From positions 2,850,001 to 2,882,000 of the forward strand of contig NC_011979.1 of assembly GCF_000022265.1 (NCBI RefSeq): DNA of 32,000 nt, written 5' to 3'. Under the pieces are notes generated by a model that was given only the letters and a program-made list of their open reading frames with translations, was not told where the DNA came from and did no database searches. A program made the translations under genes and the position numbers. The number at the start of each line of letters is the position of its first letter. Position 1 is the stretch's first letter. The stretch comes from Geotalea daltonii FRC-32 (lineage in GTDB: Bacteria > Desulfobacterota > Desulfuromonadia > Geobacterales > Geobacteraceae). Positions 1 to 8,013 of this stretch are shown in pieces.

Positions 1-59
1 CGCCTTGCCAGGAACCAAAATCCCTCAGAATTCTTGCGGTGAACTAACCGCACGGGACA

Positions 60-650
60 CTAGGTGAGAATTCCCTTGCCGAACAGGTCCATGTAATGGC
101 GGATCAGTTCTTCATCCCTTTCGGGTGAGTGGCTGACGATTTCCCGGGTGGCGAGGGTGCTGAGAAAGTAGTAATTGACCATGCCCACCATGGCCAGCAC
201 CGTATCCACAGGGCTCAGTCCCTGGCGAAAATGGCGGATGCGGATGCCTTCCCCAATGGTGTCCATGAGGATGCGGATGACTTTCTTGATGGCCGGATCG
301 ACAATGGTGGCAAAGTAGGGTGTGGGATTGGTCAGCTCGCTGGTATAGAAACGCATCAGATACGGGTATTCCCGGTGGCGCCTGATGCTCCAGCGGATGT
401 AGGCCTCGATTTTTTCCAGCGGCGCGGCCTCCAGCTCCCTGATGGTTTCGATCTGCTCGAAACAGGCGAACTGTTCCTGCAGGACCAGTGAATAAAGTCC
501 CTCCTTGCCGCCGAAGTGATAGGAGATCATGGAAATGCTGACCTCTGCAGCTTTGGAAAGCTCGCGGATGCTGACGCCTTTGAGTCCCCGTTCGGCAAAA
601 AGTCGGGTGGCCGTTTCGATAAGGTTGTTGCGGTAGTCTTTTTTTACCAT
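60..650 (-). CDS. TetR/AcrR-family transcriptional regulator
   Basis: 196-aa ORF. The N-terminal helix-turn-helix LIETATRLFAERGLKGVSIRELSKAAEVSISMISYHFGGKEGLY is typical of TetR_N. The overlapping ORFs 112..705 and 129..491 have Arg/Pro/Gly-rich nonsense composition. Confidence 0.9.
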   Translation of the reverse strand: MVKKDYRNNLIETATRLFAERGLKGVSIRELSKAAEVSISMISYHFGGKEGLYSLVLQEQFACFEQIETIRELEAAPLEKIEAYIRWSIRRHREYPYLMRFYTSELTNPTPYFATIVDPAIKKVIRILMDTIGEGIRIRHFRQGLSPVDTVLAMVGMVNYYFLSTLATREIVSHSPERDEELIRHYMDLFGKGILT

Positions 651-770
651 TTCTCACCTTTGGCGTTTGTCCGGGGAATATAACCAAAAAGATGAAACAA
701 GGCAAATGATATGGGTATTCCTATTCATCAAGGGGGGGCCATGGATTCCCCCTATCGAAACCTTTTGCTG

Positions 771-805
771 AAATAAAAAAAAGCCCCTCCGCGAAACAGA
801 GGGGC
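771..805 (-). terminator. Rho-independent terminator of the lectin-repeat gene
   Basis: GCCCCTC (783-789) pairs with GAGGGGC (799-805) around a 9-nt loop. On the minus strand the hairpin is followed by TTTTTTTTATTT (782-771). It lies 29 nt past the stop at 834-836. Confidence 0.65.
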
Positions 806-833
806 GAAAAGAAGCATCCATGGGCATTCTAAC

Positions 834-2552
834 CTACATGCTCTTCACCATAATCGCACTCACCTTGCCATAATCTTTGGTGCTGGTGAATTTGACGGTG
901 ATGGCGCCGTTGGTCGCTGTGACCGGAATCACCACGTCATAGGCGACGTTTTTCCCCACCTTGGCATAGATGTCCAGGTTGCTGATGACGGTTTGGCCGT
1001 TGATGGCCACGTTGAAGACCCGTCGACCGGCTGCTGAGAAGTAAATCTCGGCAAACTTCAGCGTGACCAGGTAATTGCCGTTGGCTGCCGGGATAGTGTA
1101 GGAGAAATTGCCCCACCGTTCGGACTGGTAGAGGACGTCATTGGTGGTGCCGGCGATGGTCGCAGTGGTCTTGGCGGAAGATCCGCCGCTGAATCTGCCG
1201 TCAGCCTGATACACGGCGCCCGTTGAATCGGTGAACCCGGTGCCGCCGCTGTTGACGGCAAATTGTACTGCCGATGTTGTCGGGACGAAGGCTGCCGCAA
1301 TAGTGTGATTGGCGGTGACGTTGCTAAAGGTGTAGGTGGATACTGCCCCGACCGAAGTGCCGTCGACGGTAACGGCAGAGATTTTGTACCCGCTGCCCGG
1401 GATAATGGTAAAGGTCTGACTGCTTCCGCCAGTGACCGTGGTAGTGCCGGCAGGGCTTATGGTGCCGCCGGTTCCGGCGGAAGCTGTGATGCCGTATGAA
1501 GCAATGCCGGCTGAGGGGCTTATCTTGATGGCGCTGATCTTACCGTAGTCCCTGGTGCTGGTGAAACCGATGGTTACGGCGCCGGTGGTGACGTTGATCG
1601 GAATCACCACGTCATAGGCCACGTTTTTGCCCACTTTGGCAAAAATGTCCAGGTTGCTGATAACGGTCTGGCCGTTGACGGTGACGCTGAAGACCCGCTG
1701 GCCTGCTGCGGAGAAGTAAATCTCGGCGAATTTGAGTGTCAGTGAATAGTTGCCGTTAGCTACGGGGATGCTGTAGGAGAAATTGCCCCAGCGCTCGCTC
1801 TGGTAGAGGGTATCGTCGGTGGTGCCGCCGATTGCGGCTGTTGTTTTTGCGGCACTTCCGCCGCTGAAAGCGCTGTCGGCACCGTAAATCAAACCGGTTG
1901 CATCGGTGAATGCCGCACCGCCGCTGTTGGCGGCAAAAGATTTCAGGGTACTGCCGGCGGCGACGAAAGTGGCTTGAATGGTGTGGTTGGCGGTGACATT
2001 GTTGAAGGCATAGGTGGTAACTGCCCCCACCGATACACCATCTACCGTAACAGCGGAAATCCTGTAGCCGGTGGCCGGGGTGATGCTAAAGGTCTGGCTC
2101 ACTCCCTGGGAGAGAACCAGTGAACCGGCAGGCGTTATGGAGCCGCCGGCTCCTGCCGATGCCGACAGGGTATAAACCGGGACTGCGGGCGGCGGTGTCG
2201 GTGTCGTGTAGAGCAGTTCGTTGGAAAAGGCGCTGGCCAGGCCGGCGGTATCATAGGCGGTAACGGCGAAATAGTAGGTGGTGGCGTCATTCAAGGTGGT
2301 GAAGGTGTAGGAATTGACATTACCCACGTTGATATTCTGGGAATAGCTGCCGGGGGCCGTTCCGGCATGGACCCGGTAGCCTCCCACAGCGGTCAGAGGG
2401 CTTCCGTCGGCGTAGGTAGTGGTAGGATCCCATGACAGTGTTGCCTGGGCTGCCATGGACCTGCTGGCGCACAGCGGGGAGACGCTGAGAAAAATTGCAA
2501 CGAAAAACAGGATCAGACGGAAAAGAGCTGTTGGTGAAACTTTGAGCTTCAT
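834..2552 (-). CDS. Secreted FN3 protein with two tandem (Ig-like InlB-B-repeat-type + malectin lectin) modules
   Basis: ORF 834..2651 trimmed to Met34 (ATG at 2552), where MKLKVSPTALFRLILFFVAIFLSVSPLCASRSMAAQA reads as a signal peptide. An FN3-like segment follows (TLSWDP...YYFAVTAYDTAG). Then come two copies of GGSITPAG..GYRISAVTVDG..VTANHTI plus the malectin signature LYQSERWGNFSY..NGNY..TLKFAEIYFSAAG.RVF.V..NGQTVISNLDI.AKVG. Confidence 0.8.
   Translation of the reverse strand: MKLKVSPTALFRLILFFVAIFLSVSPLCASRSMAAQATLSWDPTTTYADGSPLTAVGGYRVHAGTAPGSYSQNINVGNVNSYTFTTLNDATTYYFAVTAYDTAGLASAFSNELLYTTPTPPPAVPVYTLSASAGAGGSITPAGSLVLSQGVSQTFSITPATGYRISAVTVDGVSVGAVTTYAFNNVTANHTIQATFVAAGSTLKSFAANSGGAAFTDATGLIYGADSAFSGGSAAKTTAAIGGTTDDTLYQSERWGNFSYSIPVANGNYSLTLKFAEIYFSAAGQRVFSVTVNGQTVISNLDIFAKVGKNVAYDVVIPINVTTGAVTIGFTSTRDYGKISAIKISPSAGIASYGITASAGTGGTISPAGTTTVTGGSSQTFTIIPGSGYKISAVTVDGTSVGAVSTYTFSNVTANHTIAAAFVPTTSAVQFAVNSGGTGFTDSTGAVYQADGRFSGGSSAKTTATIAGTTNDVLYQSERWGNFSYTIPAANGNYLVTLKFAEIYFSAAGRRVFNVAINGQTVISNLDIYAKVGKNVAYDVVIPVTATNGAITVKFTSTKDYGKVSAIMVKSM
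837..2174. repeat. Intragenic tandem duplication, two units of about 660-680 bp
   Basis: Unit A is 1497..2174 (226 aa) and unit B is 837..1496 (220 aa). They align end to end at protein level with long identical runs also visible in DNA, e.g. gagaagtaaatctcggc and gtaggagaaattgcccca occur in both. Confidence 0.85.
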
Positions 2553-2787
2553 GGGTTGCACGGAATGGTACCTCCAGGACCTTTTGGTGGCAGTGTTGCT
2601 GTTGTTGAATGGTGTGCCATGCGGCTTCAGGCATGGGTAGGCGTGCGGCAAGCAGCATACCCCTCGGTAGTTTCTGAAGCTCTGGCGGCGCGAGTCTCTG
2701 ATCAGATTAAGGGGAGATTGAATTTTTTGCGGTGATGCAAGTCACCTTACCGGCATGGGGAGGGGGCTGGGGATGGGACAAAAATGC

Positions 2788-4020
2788 TTACTTGCCGGCG
2801 AAAAAGATATCCAGGGCGGCGCGGCCCAGTTGAGGGGCACGCAGCCTCAACAGATCGCCGTTTATGGTGAGGGCGACAAAGGCTATCCGGGGATTGTCTG
2901 CCGGGGCGAGGCCGGCAAACCAGTTGTAATGACCACGGGGATCATAGCCGATGATGGAACCGGTTTTGCCTGCCACTGGAATAAGGCTGTGGTAACGAAG
3001 GCCTTTGCTATCCCTGAAAGCAGTCTTCGCCGTACCGGTAATGACCGTGCCGTACATGGAGCGGATCAACTCGCCGGCCACATGTGGTGAAGTCATTGTA
3101 AAAAGAGGGGATGGCTTCATCTGGTAAATTTCTTTTCCCCCCGGTTTATGGATGGTGTCGACGAAGGAGGGAACGGGCATTGTTCCCCCATTGCCAAGTG
3201 CGGCAAAAATCATGGCCACATGGAAGGGGGAAATCTTGATCCGGTGATCGAGTCCGGCCGCCATGCGCATCAGCTCGCCACTGGTGGAGGGTGTGGGAAG
3301 TTCCTCGGTGGCAATGAAATTGCCACCGAACGGGGCGGTGCCGAAACCGAACTGTTTAGCCGTCGAAGCAAGCATTGATATGTCGAGACATTCCTCTGCA
3401 AGCCTGCCGAAGGCCGGGTTTACCGAACGTGCCATGGCATTGCACAAGGGAATGGTGGTATCTCCGCCTCGCCCTGGCTTGCCCCATCGGCTCGGGCTTT
3501 CCGAAGATGCCCTGCCGCGGAAGTGAAGTGGTGTGAGCGCATTGGCCTTACCGGACTCGAAGGCTGCTGCTGCAGTGACTATCTTGAACAGGGAGGCCAT
3601 GGGATAACCGGTGAATGGGGCGCGATTCTTCCACTCCGTCGACAGGGATGAATGGGAGACACTGGCCAGCACTCGTCCGGTCTTCGGTTCTATGGCGATA
3701 AAGACGGCATAGGGGACCCTGCTTTTCTCCATCACGGCACGCAAGCCTGCCTGAAGATCCCCATGCAGGGAAAGTCGTGCGATGTTGCCGTCCTGCAGGA
3801 GAAGATCGCCGCCTGGTGAGGGGGTGAGTCCGGCAGTAGTGCAGACATAACGGAAGAGGTCCAGGCCGGAAAGGGATGCATAGCGGAAAAGCTGGGGCTT
3901 TGCAGGGGCTGAATCCTTGCCGAAAAGTCTCTTGCCCGTGGGGCTTGCGGTCAGAAAAACAGCGCCAGAAATGCAGACACCGGCGATGATAATGGCGTAA
4001 AGTACGGTTTTTCTTGTCAT
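2788..4020 (-). CDS. Membrane-anchored penicillin-binding transpeptidase-domain protein (short PBP / beta-lactamase fold)
   Basis: 410-aa ORF with an N-terminal TM helix (VLYAIIIAGVCISGAVFL). SxxK (SLFK), SxN (SVN) and KTG (KTGS) occur in canonical order and spacing. GAGGAG lies 11 nt upstream of the ATG at 4020. Confidence 0.85.
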   Translation of the reverse strand: MTRKTVLYAIIIAGVCISGAVFLTASPTGKRLFGKDSAPAKPQLFRYASLSGLDLFRYVCTTAGLTPSPGGDLLLQDGNIARLSLHGDLQAGLRAVMEKSRVPYAVFIAIEPKTGRVLASVSHSSLSTEWKNRAPFTGYPMASLFKIVTAAAAFESGKANALTPLHFRGRASSESPSRWGKPGRGGDTTIPLCNAMARSVNPAFGRLAEECLDISMLASTAKQFGFGTAPFGGNFIATEELPTPSTSGELMRMAAGLDHRIKISPFHVAMIFAALGNGGTMPVPSFVDTIHKPGGKEIYQMKPSPLFTMTSPHVAGELIRSMYGTVITGTAKTAFRDSKGLRYHSLIPVAGKTGSIIGYDPRGHYNWFAGLAPADNPRIAFVALTINGDLLRLRAPQLGRAALDIFFAGK

Positions 4021-4056
4021 CTATGAAGCTGCTCCTCGTTCCGGATCATTCAAGGC

Positions 4057-4092
4057 TGCCATGGCATCGAAAAAAAATCAACTGCCATGGCA
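4057..4092. promoter_or_regulatory. Twin perfect 10-bp palindromes TGCCATGGCA (candidate operator pair)
   Basis: TGCCATGGCA occurs at 4057-4066 and 4083-4092, each preceded by C, 26 bp centre to centre. They sit 37-72 bp upstream of the PBP start codon, in the divergent intergenic region. Confidence 0.45.
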
Positions 4093-4210
4093 ATTGGAGC
4101 ACAGCTTTTTTTAGCTAAGGTGATGGTCGTCACCTGCCGGTCATCTGTTCCATAAAAAACGTTTTTCATTCCTCATAATTCCCCATTGAAAAAGCCATTG
4201 CAGTTCGAAG

Positions 4211-4219
4211 TGATATAAT
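4211..4219 (+). promoter_or_regulatory. Possible extended -10 promoter (TGaTATAAT) for the DUF1566 lipoprotein gene
   Basis: TGATATAAT at 4211-4219 matches TGnTATAAT exactly. There is no good -35. It would give a 5' UTR of about 140 nt. Confidence 0.3.
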
Positions 4220-4366
4220 ATTTTTCGTTGAGGCACATCCAATGTCAGCTGTGGGGCTTGTAGTCGGGCCCCTCTGCTAACATTTTTTTGTGCTTATTAA
4301 TCTTCATTGTCAGCCGATACATTCAATAGGCAACGCCGTTACTTTTTATTAAAAGGAGGGCACGCT

Positions 4367-5533
4367 ATGTTGAATTCATTTCTTTCTTCGGTCTTTTCCC
4401 CTTTTCATCCTCTTCTTAACTGTTCCCGGCGCGTAATCGTTCTGTTGTTTCTATTTTTGCCGATTGCATCTTTTTATGGATGCAGTGTCACTCACAGCAC
4501 CTTTACCGTGTACGATCTCAATGAAAAGACTGTTGCGTCGTTGAGACAGGATGTTGGCCTGTGCCGTGCTGCAGGCGCCAGGGCCTTACCGGATCGCACC
4601 ATGTTCTGGCTTTCCATGGCTGCCCTTTATGGTATCGAACATAATACCAGTGTTGCTACCAACAATTGTCTTCTTTCCCGCGGCTGGCGGCCGAAACTTC
4701 AGTTTGCCGGGCCTTTCGGAGCTGTACCGGGGGACCTTGAAACAGCGCTGAAGAAATGCGGAGCTGAGGGGGGGTATTCCGGCCTGCTGGCAAAGGCAGA
4801 ATTCAGCGGCATGGTGGCAGAAAACGTCATAGCCAAGGCTGCCGGTGCCGGAAACGTTGAACCGGGCCTGAACGGGCTCAGGCAATGTCTGGACTCTTTC
4901 GGGTGGGAGGTCATCGACAGGCCTCCGTGGATATCGCCGGACGACGCTTCTTCCAGTTATGTTGCCGACCCGGTTGCTGAAAACATAGCTGAAAAATTTG
5001 TAGTAAGGCAAAAAGTAGTGAGGGACACCGGCAAAGCCATATATTGGCTGCAGGACAACCCCCAAGATGCCACCGATTGTGACTGGCACAAGGCCAGACG
5101 CTATGTCATCGGACTTAACAAGGGGCGTTTCAGCGGCTATTCCGACTGGCGAATTCCACGCAGGGACGAGGTTGAAAGCCTGCTTGATTTTGCAAGGTGG
5201 AACGCAGCCAGCGATATGGCGGCTCTACTGAAGAAATTGGGTTTCAACGGCATTGAAGGTGCAGTCTACTGGACCTCTTCTCCCATCATTGACGATGTTT
5301 CCGGAGATGGCATATGGGGGGTGAATTTTGCAACCCGTGAATATATCAGGCTGGGCAGATCGACGTCCTTCAGCGCACACGTCCTTCCGGTCAGAGGTCG
5401 TGGCTGGGGCTCCAGTGAACCGGAACTCCCCCTTTATGAACCGACGGACAAGGAAGGAGAGGGGGAGCTTATAGCTGCCCGCTATCATCGCTGCAAAACA
5501 GGTAACTGTGCTTTAGTTGCCCAAAAACCCTAG
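4367..5533 (+). CDS. Probable lipoprotein with C-terminal DUF1566 (Lcl C-terminal-like) domain
   Basis: ORF 4307..5533 trimmed to ATG 4367, which is preceded by AAAGGAGGG with a 6-nt spacer. Signal and lipobox-like segment VIVLLFLFLPIASFYGCS. The C-terminus (DWHKARRYVIGLN..GYSDWRIPRRDEVESLL..AVYWTSSP..GIWGVNF) fits the DUF1566 pattern. Confidence 0.8.
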   Translation: MLNSFLSSVFSPFHPLLNCSRRVIVLLFLFLPIASFYGCSVTHSTFTVYDLNEKTVASLRQDVGLCRAAGARALPDRTMFWLSMAALYGIEHNTSVATNNCLLSRGWRPKLQFAGPFGAVPGDLETALKKCGAEGGYSGLLAKAEFSGMVAENVIAKAAGAGNVEPGLNGLRQCLDSFGWEVIDRPPWISPDDASSSYVADPVAENIAEKFVVRQKVVRDTGKAIYWLQDNPQDATDCDWHKARRYVIGLNKGRFSGYSDWRIPRRDEVESLLDFARWNAASDMAALLKKLGFNGIEGAVYWTSSPIIDDVSGDGIWGVNFATREYIRLGRSTSFSAHVLPVRGRGWGSSEPELPLYEPTDKEGEGELIAARYHRCKTGNCALVAQKP

Positions 5534-5583
5534 GAGTCTGTCAAGCGCTTTTCTTGTCAGGCCTACCTCGCCCCTGTTGTTAA

Positions 5584-5611
5584 TTGACATGTTCTAATTT
5601 GCCGGTAGAGT
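5584..5611 (+). promoter_or_regulatory. Candidate sigma-70 promoter for the DUF748-LuxR-YihY genes
   Basis: TTGACA (5584-5589), 16-nt spacer, TAGAGT (5606-5611). It lies about 50 nt upstream of the GTG at 5662. Confidence 0.4.
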
Positions 5612-5661
5612 AAAATAGTGATTCTTCCATGTGACGCTGCTGCATAAATAATGGGGAGACC

Positions 5662-7302
5662 GTGGCCGAGCAAAACAATTCCGAGAATGATTCAAAAGAT
5701 CATGTTTCAGGGAAAACTGCGGGAGAGCAGCGATTCAAGAAGGCCTTGCTGTGGGTTTTCAGTATTCTGCTGTTTGTAGCTGTAGCGCTGTATGTGGCCT
5801 CATTCTTTCTCGACGAGCCGTTGCGCCGCTATACGGAAAAAACTGTCAACAAGCGCCTCAAGGGATATTCCATCAGCCTTTCCGGTATGCACCTGCAACT
5901 GGTGGGAGGGACAGTGACGTTGGATGGTTTGAAAGTTTTACAGGATGCCCATCCTGTTCCACCCATTGCTGTAATTCCAAGCACCAAAGGCTCCATAAGC
6001 TGGCGTGACCTCTTGTATGGAAGAGTGGTGGCGACAATTGGTATCGATCGTCCCAAGATGCACATAGACCTGCAGCAGTTAAAGAGTGAAATGACCAGCA
6101 AAGAAAAATTGAAGGACCGTGGTTGGCAGGAGGCCATTGAGGCAGTTTTTCCGTTAAAGATAAACAATTTTGTTATCCGGAATGCCTCCATTACATATGT
6201 GGACAAGGATGCCGGCAAACCCCTGCATCTGACCAATCTAAATGTAACGGCCGGCAACATCCGCAATGTCCGGGTAAAGGACAAGGTCTACCCCTCTTCT
6301 CTGCACATGGATACCGTCATTTTCGGGTCTGGCAGGGGACAGTTCGACGGTAATGCAAATTTCCTTTCACAGCCTGTGCCCGGCATCAAAGGGACGTTCA
6401 AGCTGGAGGGAATACCCCTTGATTATTTCAAGCCGGTGGCTTCCCACATTAATCTTTCTGTTCGCAAGGGCGTGCTCTCCCTATCCGGAAATATGGAATA
6501 TTCTCCGACAATAGCCAGTGTCCAAGTAAAGGATCTGCAATTTAAAGGGCTGGAGATGGATTATGTCCATTCGGCAGCTACTGCAAAAGCAGAAAAGAAA
6601 AGGGCAAAGAAAGTTGGCAAGGCCGCGGGCAAGGTGAGCAACAAGCCGGAGATACAGCTGCGCATCGACCGAATGAGGCTTACAGGGAGCAACATCGGCG
6701 TTATCAACAAGGATGCCGATCCCCCCTATCGTGTGTTTATTGCCGAGACTGATTTTTCCATGACGAACCTGACCAATCACTTCATCGAAGGCCCGGCTAA
6801 GGCTGAACTGTCAGGCAAATTCATGGGGAGCGGGATAACGAAGGCTTCCGCAGAGTTCAGGCCCGAAAAAAGCGGGCCAGACCTTGATCTGCAGGTAAAA
6901 ATCGAAGATACCAGACTCAAAGACATGAATGACCTTTTCAAAGCCTATGGCAATTTCGATGTGTCGGCCGGCTTTTTCCTCTTTTACGCAGATCTTCATG
7001 TGCGAAACGACAGGGTTTCCGGTTACCTGAAGCCGTTGTTCAAGGACATAAAAGTCTATGACAGACGGCGAGATCAGGAAAAGACCGTTTTCCACAAGCT
7101 TTATGAAATGCTGGTCGGGGGAGTCGCCAACCTGCTGGAAAACAGACCGAGGGAAGAGGTTGCTACCGTAGTTGACATTGCGGGGCCGGTGACAAAACCG
7201 CAGACGAGCACCTGGCAGGTCTTGGCGCAGCTGGTTACCAATGCTTTTTTCAAAGCGATATTGCCGGGATTTGAGAGGGAAGTAACCTCTGCCAGCCGCT
7301 GA
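5662..7302 (+). CDS. Membrane-anchored DUF748 / AsmA-like family protein
   Basis: 546-aa ORF with one N-terminal TM helix (ALLWVFSILLFVAVALYVASFFL). The long beta-rich body has recurring segments such as VIRNASITYVDKDAGKPLHLTNLNVTAGNIRN, typical of DUF748/AsmA-like proteins (family call from memory). The GTG start has GGGGAG only 3 nt upstream, so the start is uncertain. Confidence 0.7.
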   Translation: MAEQNNSENDSKDHVSGKTAGEQRFKKALLWVFSILLFVAVALYVASFFLDEPLRRYTEKTVNKRLKGYSISLSGMHLQLVGGTVTLDGLKVLQDAHPVPPIAVIPSTKGSISWRDLLYGRVVATIGIDRPKMHIDLQQLKSEMTSKEKLKDRGWQEAIEAVFPLKINNFVIRNASITYVDKDAGKPLHLTNLNVTAGNIRNVRVKDKVYPSSLHMDTVIFGSGRGQFDGNANFLSQPVPGIKGTFKLEGIPLDYFKPVASHINLSVRKGVLSLSGNMEYSPTIASVQVKDLQFKGLEMDYVHSAATAKAEKKRAKKVGKAAGKVSNKPEIQLRIDRMRLTGSNIGVINKDADPPYRVFIAETDFSMTNLTNHFIEGPAKAELSGKFMGSGITKASAEFRPEKSGPDLDLQVKIEDTRLKDMNDLFKAYGNFDVSAGFFLFYADLHVRNDRVSGYLKPLFKDIKVYDRRRDQEKTVFHKLYEMLVGGVANLLENRPREEVATVVDIAGPVTKPQTSTWQVLAQLVTNAFFKAILPGFEREVTSASR

Positions 7303-7343
7303 AATAAATGCATATTACCGGAGTAAAAACTGAGCGGGGGATC

Positions 7344-7958
7344 ATGGATATTTCTTCTGCAGGTAAGACAAGAATTCTGATCAATCTGGGCAGCGCTCTT
7401 CTGGGAAGAGCGCTGCAGGATGTCATCAGCGCCAATCCGTCTTTTGAGACTTTTGTCGCCACTGACAGCAGATCAAGCCATGTTTTTGATCCCCATCACA
7501 TCGTGGTGGACGTCCATGCCCTGGCGAAGGACCCGCAGTCCCATTGGCCAAACGCAAAGATGATTCTCATTGACACCGGCTTGCCGGAGGATGAACTTAT
7601 CTCGCTGCTTCTGCATCATAAATTTTATGGTGTCATCTCAACGGATACCCCTCCTGAAATGTTTTCCAAAGCTCTGCATACGGTGAGCAAAGGGCAAATC
7701 TGGATTGACAACGACAAGATCAAGGCCTTGCTTCACAATCAGCCGTCTCATCTTAAGCCCGCAGGTCGTGCCAATCTCAGCAAGAAGGAACAGGACATAG
7801 TTGCCTTTATTGCCCAAGGGTTGAAAAACAAAGAGATAGCCCAAAGGCTCTGCATCAGTGAGCAGACGGTGAAGACGCACATAAGCCGTATCTTTAAAAA
7901 AGTGGACGTCGTCAGCCGTTCTCAACTTGTCCCTTTAGCTCTTAAACTGAGAATCTGA
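7344..7958 (+). CDS. LuxR-family regulator with degenerate receiver-like N-domain (CsgD/VpsT-like architecture)
   Basis: C-terminal LuxR HTH: LSKKEQDIVAFIAQGLKNKEIAQRLCISEQTVKTHISRIFKKVDVVSRSQL. The N-domain has a receiver-like layout but reads ILINLGS where the acidic DD pair should be and GVISTD where the conserved Lys should be. Start placed at ATG 7344 (GGGGG upstream); ATG 7308 is an in-frame alternative. Confidence 0.8.
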   Translation: MDISSAGKTRILINLGSALLGRALQDVISANPSFETFVATDSRSSHVFDPHHIVVDVHALAKDPQSHWPNAKMILIDTGLPEDELISLLLHHKFYGVISTDTPPEMFSKALHTVSKGQIWIDNDKIKALLHNQPSHLKPAGRANLSKKEQDIVAFIAQGLKNKEIAQRLCISEQTVKTHISRIFKKVDVVSRSQLVPLALKLRI

Positions 7959-8013
7959 ATTTTGCGAGCCTGCCCCTGTTATTTTTACAGCCATCTTGAC
8001 CAGAGGAGCGCAT

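Noticed and set aside
34-55. Hairpin TGCGGT-gaactA-ACCGCA just past the TetR stop codon.
   Set aside because: The stem is only 6 bp, the U-tract on the minus strand is weak, and the site lies at the window edge. That is insufficient for a terminator call.
112-705. 197-aa ORF on the same strand as the TetR gene but in another frame, and the plus-strand ORF 129..491.
   Set aside because: The composition is Arg/Pro/Gly/His-rich nonsense. The 60..650 frame has a textbook TetR helix-turn-helix.
2717-2750. Hairpin GGTGA-tgcaag-TCACC (2724-2739) with an adjacent T-run (2715-2720) downstream of the PBP gene.
   Set aside because: On the minus strand, the PBP sense strand, the hairpin is followed by an A-run rather than a U-run. 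On the plus strand no gene ends there. It is not a credible intrinsic terminator.
4021-4366. Search for GEMM-type c-di-GMP/cGAMP, ZTP, THF or glycine riboswitches, which are common in Geobacter-like genomes. I looked here and in the other long spacers (5534-5661, 9356-9551, 11331-11862, 13174-13606, 19259-19462, 29295-29381, 30630-30830).
   Set aside because: I could not find the conserved core strings I remember for these classes. This is a by-eye negative only; an Infernal/Rfam scan would be decisive.
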